A stretch of DNA of 64,000 bases from a bacterium (GTDB lineage Bacteria > Patescibacteriota > Minisyncoccia > UBA6257 > WO2-44-18), in the NCBI GenBank assembly GCA_030689595.1, contig JAUYHP010000031.1, positions 86,666 through 150,665 on the forward strand. The letters are read 5' to 3'. The position numbers and the translations under genes are program-made. The notes beneath the pieces are model-generated. The model worked only from the letters and a program-made list of their open reading frames with translations, had not been told where the DNA came from and made no database searches. Below are positions 28,556-36,614 of this stretch, piece by piece. Each line of letters opens with the position of its first letter. The first letter of the stretch is position 1.

Positions 28556-29209
28556 ATGCTTACGAATCAAAATTCTTTCGTTGTACAAAAGTCGCAGCAA
28601 ATAAGTTTGGCGTTGATCAAGCTATCAGTGCAGACCCATCGTAAGGAGTTCCGCCAGAGGTTGGAAAGGTTAGCTTTTGATTTAGTGGAGACTATTAATA
28701 ACAACGACGCAGAATCAGCCGTTGCCGTTTTGTCCGCAACTACTGGCATGATTGGTTTTGGTAAGACTATTTATGAAATAGAGCCTATTAATGCCAAGGT
28801 TATGATTGAGCAAATAGACAATCTTTTAGGAGAGTTTAAAAATTCAGCAGTTTTCGCCGAAGTTGATAGTGATTTAAGTGATATATTCTCAATAAAGGAC
28901 GGCGCTAAAGATAACGATCAGGACGATAGCGTCAGCACTGATTATTCAAATTCTAAGATAAACGGCAATGGTCATACAAACGGCAATGGAAACGGCATTA
29001 GTGCCACTATTCGGCAATCGGCAATCATTGATGTTATCCGGCAATCCGGCAATATGGCCATGAGGGACCTAGTCGTAGCCTTTCCCGAGGTTAGTGAAAG
29101 GACGTTAAGGTATGATTTACAGAAATTATGTGATCAAAATGAGATAGAAAGAGTGGGAAATGGTGGTCCGGCTAGCTACTACACCATACGCAAAGCCATC
29201 TCAGTCTAA
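28556..29209 (+). CDS. Putative transcriptional regulator with a C-terminal DeoR-type HTH
   Basis: C-terminal segment RQSAIIDVIRQSGNMAMRDLVVAFPEVSERTLRYDLQKL matches the DeoR HTH signature. Preceded by an Asn/Gly-rich linker and an unknown N-terminal domain. Confidence 0.5.
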   Translation: MLTNQNSFVVQKSQQISLALIKLSVQTHRKEFRQRLERLAFDLVETINNNDAESAVAVLSATTGMIGFGKTIYEIEPINAKVMIEQIDNLLGEFKNSAVFAEVDSDLSDIFSIKDGAKDNDQDDSVSTDYSNSKINGNGHTNGNGNGISATIRQSAIIDVIRQSGNMAMRDLVVAFPEVSERTLRYDLQKLCDQNEIERVGNGGPASYYTIRKAISV

Positions 29210-29345
29210 GAGACGCTATGACCTTGGCTTCGTTCTAAAAGGTTTTGACCACCGCCGACGTTATTGATAGTATGGTCCTTCAGCCCAGCTTGTGTGAATG
29301 TGTAGTAATAAAATGATTGCCGATTCGTTATAATATGCAGTAGGG

Positions 29346-29354
29346 TTATCCACA
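29346..29354. promoter_or_regulatory. Perfect consensus DnaA box TTATCCACA
   Basis: Exact 9-mer in the leader region of the surface-protein gene. Confidence 0.35.
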
Positions 29355-29430
29355 AATATTTTGTCGAAATCCTGCCAATTCGTTTATAATTTAATATAGA
29401 ATATCTCGGTTCGGAGTGAGGCTGAACTTA

Positions 29431-29504
29431 GATTAACCACAAATGATGCTGATGGCTAAAACCTTCAGCGTTGCGCTAGCTTTCGGCGTTGTTTGTGGTT
29501 AATC
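29431..29504. repeat. 13-bp perfect inverted repeat (gattaaccacaaa / tttgtggttaatc) enclosing 48 bp
   Basis: Read directly. Each arm carries a DnaA-box-like TTAACCACA. Forms a long stem-loop. Confidence 0.45.
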
Positions 29505-29514
29505 TAGTCAAATA

Positions 29515-29540
29515 ACTCGCTCTAAACAGCGAGTTTTTTC
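29515..29540 (+). terminator. Rho-independent terminator within the 550-bp leader
   Basis: actcgct-ctaaac-agcgagt followed by TTTTTT. Confidence 0.55.
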
Positions 29541-29759
29541 TTAGAAACCGAAGTTATTATTTTAAGTAGTCCGTCATCTACCTGCTGCCCATTTTCTAAC
29601 CTCCTCACGGTTAAGGAAGTGCCTCGCTCTGCGAGGTTGCTAGGCGGCTAGGGGGTCGCCTCAGTTGGGCGGAAGTTAGACGGTGGGTCGATCTTAAGGT
29701 CAATAGCTTTTTCCAGAATAAATAGTTAAAAATATTAAGTCGAAAAAATAAATTAAAAA

Positions 29760-32700
29760 ATGAGTACTAAATTAACACAGAAATTAACTTCAGTTGTGCT
29801 TTCAGCTACAACTGTTGTTTGGTTATCTGGCGCGGCAGCGTTTTTGCCGGTAGCCCACGGGCAATCGGTTGCTGATTTGCAAGCGCAAATCAATACGTTG
29901 TTAGCTCAGATTACTGCGTTGCAAGCTCAATTATTAGTTACGACTAGTGTTCCCAGTGTTGCTGTGTCTTGTTCCTTTAGCCGCGACCTCACCGTTGGCT
30001 CACAGGGAGAAGATGTTAAATGTTTGCAACAATACTTAAATGGCGCTGGTTATCCAGTTGCTTCAAGCGGTTTTGGCTCGGCTGGTAGTGAAACCACTTA
30101 TTTTGGTTCATTAACCCGCGCAGCCGCGGCTGCTTGGCAAGCTGGTAACAATGTTGCTCCAGCTTTTGGATATTTTGGTCCGATTTCTCGAGCCAAATTC
30201 TCTTCATTGGCTGCTTCAACTCCAGCCCCAACTTCAGTCCCACCAGGGACAACTCCAACTCCAGTTCCAGCTGGTAGTGGCTTGACTGTCGCTTTGTCTT
30301 CTAGTCAGCCAGCCGAAGGCTTGTTTGGCGAGAGCTTTGCCAGCAGACCATTTACTAAATTGACTCTTACCGCTTCGTCTGATGGCGACGTCGTTGTGAA
30401 TGCTTTGAAGGTTCAAAGAACTGGAAATTCTCAAGACGCTGTATTTAGCGGCGTAGTAGCATTAGACGATAATGGTGTCCGATTGGGTTCGGCCAAAACG
30501 TTCGGATCCGATCACACTTTGCGTTTGACTGATAGCTTTACTGTTAAAGCCGGTCAGACTAGAACAATCACCTTAGCTGGCGATTCTGACTCAAGTCAGG
30601 ATGCTTATGCCGGCCAGTTGGTTAGCTTGAGCTTGATTGGTGTCGAGACTAGCGCTAATGTTAACGCTAGTTATCCATTAACTGGTTCTCAAATGACCGT
30701 TAACAGCACCTTAGCTGTCGGCACGTTAACTTTAGCTAGAGGATCGTTTGATCCGGGCAGTGGCCAAAGTAAAGAAATTGGCACACTCGGTTATACTTTC
30801 TCTGGTTTGAGATTGACAGCTGGTAGCAATGAGGATGTTTTGGTTAGATCAATACGTTGGAATCAATCCGGTTCAGCTGGTTCCGGTGATTTGGACAATG
30901 TGAAAGTAGTATTTGATGGTGTTACCTACGATACTACTACCAGCTCTGATGGTAAGTATTATACTGCTGCTTTTGGTAGTGGTATTACTATCAACAAGGG
31001 CTTTAACAAAGAAATGTATATCAAGGGCGATATCGTAGATGGTTCTAATAGAACTGTTGACTTTGATCTTTATCGCTTCGCTGATTTACAAGTAGAAGGA
31101 TTAACCTATGGCTTTGGTGTTTTGCCGACTGCCGCTACTACTAGCGCGGATAACGACGATGATGGTGAATTCCAAGATGCCCAACCAGTCTTTGATGCTT
31201 TCCAAGCAACCATTGGTACTGGTAGTATCCAGGTTACGACTTCTAACGCTGTTCCGGCTCAAAATATAGCCATTAATTTGGGTGATCAACCATTAGGTGC
31301 CTTCGATGTTATCGTCAAGGGTGAGCCTATCACGGTTGCCCAAATGGTCTTCAGATTAAGTCGTTGGGAAGGAACCAGTGCTAGCGCCAGTACGCAAGAT
31401 ATAACTAACGTTACTTTGAGCGATAATAATGGCGTCATTGTTGCTGGCCCAGTTGATATTGTATCTAGCGGCCCGACAGTAACTTTTAGCGATACAATCA
31501 CTTTTCCGGTGGGTACCAATACTTATACTTTGAAGGGTAAGATCGGCACCGATTTTGCTGATGATAATACGGTCGCCGCTTCGACGACTCCTAACTCTGA
31601 TTGGACTACCGTTCAAGGCACAGTTAGTAATGTTACCTTGACTCCGAGTCCAAGCTCCGATGTTACTGCCAATACTATGACAGTTAAGGCTGGTGCTTTG
31701 AGAGTTTCAAACTTGGCTTCGCCTGTCGCGCAGACCATTGTTGGTGGCGTGAATGCGTTTACCTTTGCTAATTTCTCATTTGACACCACATCTTCGGGAG
31801 AGGATCTTAGAGTCAATTCGATACAATCTGAGTTGAACATTGGACAAGTTAATTCCGCTGATGATCTAACTAATTGTCAGATTTGGGATGGCAATACTGC
31901 TCTTAATACAGGGTCTAACACTCAGAATCCTGGCAATAGCCATGCTAGCGGCACCGATCTTACTTTCACGTTTGATCAGAGCTTGATATTACCCAAAGGA
32001 GTCAACAAGACTTTGTCTTTGAAGTGTAATATCGCGGCTACTACTACCGCTAATACTGGCGAGGCCTATGTCTTTACTTGGGCTATCCCCGGTGATAATG
32101 ATGATGTTGTGCCAACAGGTTCGGTTTCGGGTCAAACCATTACCGAAACTTACGTAGCTACTAGCAGCAGTCCGAATATTACCGTATCCAATGCAGGTAG
32201 TTTGTCAGTGGCTTTAGATTCTGGCAGTCCGGCGATTTCTTTGGCTAGTGCCAACACCGCCGATAATGTTTTGTCTAAGTTCAGGTTTACAGCTACCAAT
32301 GAAGCCGTTAACGTTGCCCAAATTGGTTTGCAGTTGACTGGTACTGCCTCTAACACTCCACAAGATTTGACTAAAGTTACTTTGTGGGATGGCAGTGATA
32401 AAGTTGGTGAAGCTATCTTTACTAATGACAATGCTACTGCTACTGTTTCTGGTTTCGTAGTGCCTAAAGATGGCGACAAAATCTTGACCATTAAAGGTGA
32501 TATTTCCCCTATTGGCACATCTCAATTGGGGCGCCCAGGTCACTTGGTTATTGTTGACTATGATGGTGCGGCTAGTGATTCATCTGGTAATGCCACTCGT
32601 GGCTCCGGCCAATCTTCGGGTAGCACTATTTACGCGACTCCGGTTACCGATCTAACAACCGGATCCAATGGTGTTAGAATCTACAAGTCCGTTCCAGCGG

Positions 32701-33407
32701 TAGCTAAAGTAGCTATCCCGAGCTCAACTTTGATCAATGGTTCTGATAGAACTTTGTATAGGTTCTCGGTGACAGCTCCTTCTACCGGTGGCATTGGTTT
32801 GTACAAGTTTACCTTTGGCGTGGCTACTACTACTGATGGCGTGACTACTTTTGTGGTCAACGACTTTAGGGTATATGGCTACAGCGATTCTAGCTTCTCA
32901 CAATCGGCTTACGACAATAATGGTAGATTGAACAGCGCGACTGAAGCATTCACCAATCGCACTTTCGATAGTGCAATTGAGGTGTTCTTCGATCCAGTAG
33001 GTCAAGCCGGTACTAATGAAGCAATTCAAGTACCAGCTGGCTCGACTCGTTATTTTGAGTTGTTGGGCACTATCGCCAACTCAAGCGCGACGTCATCTAC
33101 GATTACCGTTAACTTGAGAGGTGATGATAGCCATCTAGCTGCTTCTAGCAGCGTGAGTGACGTTTACGCTGATACCTGGGTTGGTACTGGCGCTGGCCTT
33201 TATGCCTTTGCTACATCGGCTGCTAACGTGAATAACGGTTTGTATGGTGGTTATGATGCTGGAGCGGCCAATGGCATTCAAAATGACTTTATTTGGTCTG
33301 GTAACTCAACCACGACTTCAGGTGTAGGTCATTATGATTGGGTTAACGGCTTTTCGGTGAGTGGCTTGCCATCCACTAATCTGTCGTCAAATACCCTGAC
33401 TCCATAA
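29760..33407 (+). CDS. Giant Ser/Thr/Gly-rich cell-surface protein with a peptidoglycan-binding domain
   Basis: 1215 aa. Signal peptide, a coiled coil (ADLQAQINTLLAQITALQAQLL) and a PG_binding_1-like segment (DVKCLQQYLNGAGY…). Then about 1000 aa of T/S/G/A/V/N-rich beta-type repeats. Confidence 0.8.
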   Translation: MSTKLTQKLTSVVLSATTVVWLSGAAAFLPVAHGQSVADLQAQINTLLAQITALQAQLLVTTSVPSVAVSCSFSRDLTVGSQGEDVKCLQQYLNGAGYPVASSGFGSAGSETTYFGSLTRAAAAAWQAGNNVAPAFGYFGPISRAKFSSLAASTPAPTSVPPGTTPTPVPAGSGLTVALSSSQPAEGLFGESFASRPFTKLTLTASSDGDVVVNALKVQRTGNSQDAVFSGVVALDDNGVRLGSAKTFGSDHTLRLTDSFTVKAGQTRTITLAGDSDSSQDAYAGQLVSLSLIGVETSANVNASYPLTGSQMTVNSTLAVGTLTLARGSFDPGSGQSKEIGTLGYTFSGLRLTAGSNEDVLVRSIRWNQSGSAGSGDLDNVKVVFDGVTYDTTTSSDGKYYTAAFGSGITINKGFNKEMYIKGDIVDGSNRTVDFDLYRFADLQVEGLTYGFGVLPTAATTSADNDDDGEFQDAQPVFDAFQATIGTGSIQVTTSNAVPAQNIAINLGDQPLGAFDVIVKGEPITVAQMVFRLSRWEGTSASASTQDITNVTLSDNNGVIVAGPVDIVSSGPTVTFSDTITFPVGTNTYTLKGKIGTDFADDNTVAASTTPNSDWTTVQGTVSNVTLTPSPSSDVTANTMTVKAGALRVSNLASPVAQTIVGGVNAFTFANFSFDTTSSGEDLRVNSIQSELNIGQVNSADDLTNCQIWDGNTALNTGSNTQNPGNSHASGTDLTFTFDQSLILPKGVNKTLSLKCNIAATTTANTGEAYVFTWAIPGDNDDVVPTGSVSGQTITETYVATSSSPNITVSNAGSLSVALDSGSPAISLASANTADNVLSKFRFTATNEAVNVAQIGLQLTGTASNTPQDLTKVTLWDGSDKVGEAIFTNDNATATVSGFVVPKDGDKILTIKGDISPIGTSQLGRPGHLVIVDYDGAASDSSGNATRGSGQSSGSTIYATPVTDLTTGSNGVRIYKSVPAVAKVAIPSSTLINGSDRTLYRFSVTAPSTGGIGLYKFTFGVATTTDGVTTFVVNDFRVYGYSDSSFSQSAYDNNGRLNSATEAFTNRTFDSAIEVFFDPVGQAGTNEAIQVPAGSTRYFELLGTIANSSATSSTITVNLRGDDSHLAASSSVSDVYADTWVGTGAGLYAFATSAANVNNGLYGGYDAGAANGIQNDFIWSGNSTTTSGVGHYDWVNGFSVSGLPSTNLSSNTLTP

Positions 33408-33464
33408 TTCGGCTAGATTCCTATACGTCTACTGACGGAAGGACTTGAGATCTATTCGGATAAA

Positions 33465-33493
33465 GCTACCCCCTTACGGGGGTAGCTTTTTGT
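33465..33493 (+). terminator. Strong rho-independent terminator after the surface-protein gene
   Basis: agctaccccc-ttac-gggggtagct followed by TTTTT. Confidence 0.7.
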
Positions 33494-33572
33494 TAGAGAA
33501 GAATCTCGAAAAGGATGATCTTATTAGGCAAAGGGGGTTGATTTGCATTCCGATCTTCGCTAGAATATATTC

Positions 33573-34145
33573 ATGAAAAAAATATTATCATGGACATTTG
33601 TAGGGGTATTATTAGTTGGGGTTTATATATTAGTTACTCCTAGTTGGGATTATGATTTTCCTAGATATCGTGGCGAATCCATTACTAAAATAGGTGATGA
33701 TCCATTCATCCAACAAGTACCGCAGGACTATGCAGAGAGATATCAACAGGAATTGTCAGAATACAAAGAGTCTTTGGCTAACGATCCCAGCGATATTGAA
33801 GGCTGGTTGCGCGTTGGTGTTATAAAACATTTTTTTAACAATCATGATGGTGCCAAAGATGTTTGGGAGTATGCTAAATTAGTTAACCCCAAGCATTCTA
33901 CCGCTTATTATAATTTGGGCGGTCTTTATGCCTGGTATCTTAACGACTTGGAAGCGGCTGAAGAAAACTATCTTGAAGCTTTGGAGATAGATCCTACTTT
34001 GCCATACATCTATCTTGGGTTAGCAGAATTTTATAGCGTTTTCTACACGGATAAAAATGACCAAATTGAGGAGGTTATTTCGCGTGGTTTGAAGATTCTT
34101 CCTGATGATGAGAGCTTGTTGAAAGCCCTAGAAGATTATCGTTAA
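33573..34145 (+). CDS. Membrane-anchored TPR-repeat protein
   Basis: N-terminal TM helix and TPR-like repeats (AYYNLGGLYAW…, YIYLGLAEFY…). Confidence 0.6.
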   Translation: MKKILSWTFVGVLLVGVYILVTPSWDYDFPRYRGESITKIGDDPFIQQVPQDYAERYQQELSEYKESLANDPSDIEGWLRVGVIKHFFNNHDGAKDVWEYAKLVNPKHSTAYYNLGGLYAWYLNDLEAAEENYLEALEIDPTLPYIYLGLAEFYSVFYTDKNDQIEEVISRGLKILPDDESLLKALEDYR

Positions 34146-35341
34146 GTCTTTTTAATCAAATAGATATTTTCAGTAGCTTTTGTCATATTAGCTATGTTTA
34201 GCCAAGTTTTTATACCTTGTTTGGCATTAATTGCTAGTTTTTCACGCTCATTTTTATTGGTGATAAGGTGCTCTATAGCTCTGGCTAATTCGGTCGGTTC
34301 CTTGGGCATGACTATCAATCCGCGATGTTGGTTGGTTTTATGATTTTCTACTACTTCGGGCATGCCGCCGATGCGAGTGGTTATAATCGGTAAGCCGGCC
34401 GCCATAGCCTCCAAAAGCGTAAAAGGCAGACCTTCTTTGATAGACGACAAGACAAATGTATCATAGGCCTTAAGATAAGGAGCAGCGGGGAAGAGGTTGC
34501 TTACGATAAAAAATCGGTTAAGCAGTCCGAGTTTAATTATTAATGACTGAAGACTTTTCTTTTCTTGCCCATCGCCGACTATGAAAAACTTAATATCGGG
34601 GTTATTTATGAGGGCCGCCGCTTTTACGAAGGTTTCGTAGTTTTTTTCTTTTACCAGACGGCCGATTGAGCCGATCCAGGTTTGGTCAGTGAGCAGCGGA
34701 TATCTGGTATTGGGTAGTAATTTTAGTAGAGCTTTGCGGGCGGCGGTTTTATCCAGGAAATGTAGACGCTTTGTGTCCAGTCCATTATGAATAGTTGTCA
34801 ATTTTTCGGGTTGGCTGATTTTATATTTTAGTGCCAGCTTGTGGTCATATTGGGAAACATTGATTATATGGTCTTGGAAATGAGCGGCTAATCTATGCGT
34901 CCAAATATAAAATTGGCGTAACAATGGGTTGATGGCGTTGGTTGGATTGAAGACCCAGCCATGAGCGGTGAATATTACCTTGGGCGTTGGGCGTTGGGTT
35001 TTAGGTTTCAGAACTTTATACAGGGTGGCGGCGAAAGCGCCAATGATGCCGGCTTTGGAGCTGTTGAGGTGGATGATATCCGGCTGGTGTTTATTAAAGA
35101 TTCGCCATAGTTCTATGGTGGCTAGGACGTCATTAGCAAATAATAGATAGGGCCTAAAGGAATTTGAAAGCCAGCGGGATGTTAAATGGTGCGATAATGA
35201 TGTTCCGGCTTTTCCGGTTAATATTAGGGCTTCAAATTTATGGCTGTCTAGATTGCTAATGAGGTCGTTAATATATTTTTGGGCGCCACCTATATCTCCT
35301 TTGGTGACAACATAAAGAATTTTTAATTTTGACTGGGTCAT
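34142..35341 (-). CDS. Glycosyltransferase family 4 (GT-B fold)
   Basis: LKILYVVTKGDIGGAQ… N-terminus and a C-terminal EGLPFTLLEAMAAGLPIITTRIGG motif (the E-X7-E region). Confidence 0.75.
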   Translation of the reverse strand: MTQSKLKILYVVTKGDIGGAQKYINDLISNLDSHKFEALILTGKAGTSLSHHLTSRWLSNSFRPYLLFANDVLATIELWRIFNKHQPDIIHLNSSKAGIIGAFAATLYKVLKPKTQRPTPKVIFTAHGWVFNPTNAINPLLRQFYIWTHRLAAHFQDHIINVSQYDHKLALKYKISQPEKLTTIHNGLDTKRLHFLDKTAARKALLKLLPNTRYPLLTDQTWIGSIGRLVKEKNYETFVKAAALINNPDIKFFIVGDGQEKKSLQSLIIKLGLLNRFFIVSNLFPAAPYLKAYDTFVLSSIKEGLPFTLLEAMAAGLPIITTRIGGMPEVVENHKTNQHRGLIVMPKEPTELARAIEHLITNKNEREKLAINAKQGIKTWLNIANMTKATENIYLIKKT

Positions 35342-35364
35342 AGGTTTTATAATACGATCTATAT

Positions 35365-36606
35365 ATGAAGGATAGAGATTTAAGTAGTTTAATCAAGAAA
35401 GAGATGAAGAGGCAAGAGATGACGATTAATCTTATTGCTTCGGAAAATTATGTTTCTCCCGAAGTTTTAGAAGTTGTCGGTTCGCCATTGATGAATAAGT
35501 ATTCCGAGGGTTATCCTGGTAGGCGCTATTATCCCGGCAATGAATTTTATGATAATATCGAGGTCTTGGCTCAAAAGCGGGCTCTAGAGGTTTTCGGTTT
35601 GAAACCTGATGACTGGAGCGTGAATGTTCAGTCGTATTCTGGCTCACCGGCGAATTTAGCTATCCAGCTAGCGCTAATGAACTGGGGAGACGTGTTGATG
35701 GGTATGCAGCTTCCGTCTGGCGGCCATTTAACCCATGGCCATAAAGCTAGTTTTTCCGGTAAGGCTTATAAGGCCGTGCAGTATGGCACAGATGCCAAAA
35801 CCGGCTTGATTGATTTTAAAAAAGTTAAGGCACTAGCTAAAAAGTATAACCCCAAAGTAATTATTTCGGGTTTCACGGCCTATCCGCGCAAAATTGATTT
35901 CAAAAAATTTGGCGATATTGCCAAATCAGTTGGCGCCTATCATGTGGCTGATATTTCTCATGTTGCCGGTCTGATTCTCGCCGGTTTACATCCCAGTCCC
36001 TTTTCTAACGCTGACGTGGTTATGACTACGACCCATAAGACTTTACGAGGTCCAAGAGGGGCGGTTATTTTTGTAAATCGTAAATCGAAAATCGCGAAGC
36101 GTAATAAGATTGATTTACCTAAGGCGATTGATAAGGCTGTTTTCCCAGGGGTCCAGGGCGGTCCGCACAACAACATCACTGCTGCTAAGGCCCTTTCGTT
36201 TTCAGAGGCAAGTCGCCCTTCTTTTAAGAAATATCAACGACAAATAATTGCCAATGCTAAATTTTTAGCTAGCGAGCTCATAAAGCTTGGATTTAATCTA
36301 GCCACTAACGGAACCGATAATCATTTAATGTTAATAGATTTAAAAAGCTGCAATATGGATGGCGCTATTGCAGAAAGATTATTAGAGAAGAACGATATTA
36401 CCGCTAATCGCAATGCCATATTTGGCGATAAGTCTCCGCTAAAGCCGTCTGGTCTTAGGATAGGAACGCCAGCAGTTACTAGTAGAGGCATGAAGAAGTT
36501 GCAAATGAAGCAAATAGCTTCGTTAATATATCGTTGCTTGATAGGCCGAGAGGACATAAAGACGGAAGTGGCGGTGCTTTGCAAAAGGTTTCCATTACCT
36601 TATTAA
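35365..36606 (+). CDS. glyA: Serine hydroxymethyltransferase
   Basis: LIASENYVSPEVLEVVGSPLMNKYSEGYPGRRYY and the PLP-lysine region TTTTHKTLRGPRG. Confidence 0.95.
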   Translation: MKDRDLSSLIKKEMKRQEMTINLIASENYVSPEVLEVVGSPLMNKYSEGYPGRRYYPGNEFYDNIEVLAQKRALEVFGLKPDDWSVNVQSYSGSPANLAIQLALMNWGDVLMGMQLPSGGHLTHGHKASFSGKAYKAVQYGTDAKTGLIDFKKVKALAKKYNPKVIISGFTAYPRKIDFKKFGDIAKSVGAYHVADISHVAGLILAGLHPSPFSNADVVMTTTHKTLRGPRGAVIFVNRKSKIAKRNKIDLPKAIDKAVFPGVQGGPHNNITAAKALSFSEASRPSFKKYQRQIIANAKFLASELIKLGFNLATNGTDNHLMLIDLKSCNMDGAIAERLLEKNDITANRNAIFGDKSPLKPSGLRIGTPAVTSRGMKKLQMKQIASLIYRCLIGREDIKTEVAVLCKRFPLPY

Positions 36607-36614
36607 TATCGCCA

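Noticed and set aside
29346-29504. Possible second replication origin, from the perfect DnaA box and inverted DnaA-like repeat
   Set aside because: Only three or so boxes and no AT-rich unwinding element. The canonical dnaA-dnaN origin is present 24 kb away. More likely DnaA-dependent regulation, or coincidence.
29560-29700. SRP RNA, tmRNA or a known riboswitch in the GC-rich leader (ggttaaggaagtgcctcgc…)
   Set aside because: The conserved 4.5S domain IV motif (GGAAGCAGCCAAGGCAG), a tmRNA tRNA-like end, and GEMM or glmS signatures are all absent by eye. It is left as an unclassified structured leader.
30016-32543. Multiple 60-120-aa antisense ORFs inside the giant surface-protein gene
   Set aside because: They lie entirely within a long, compositionally biased coding region on the opposite strand, which is typical of spurious antisense frames.
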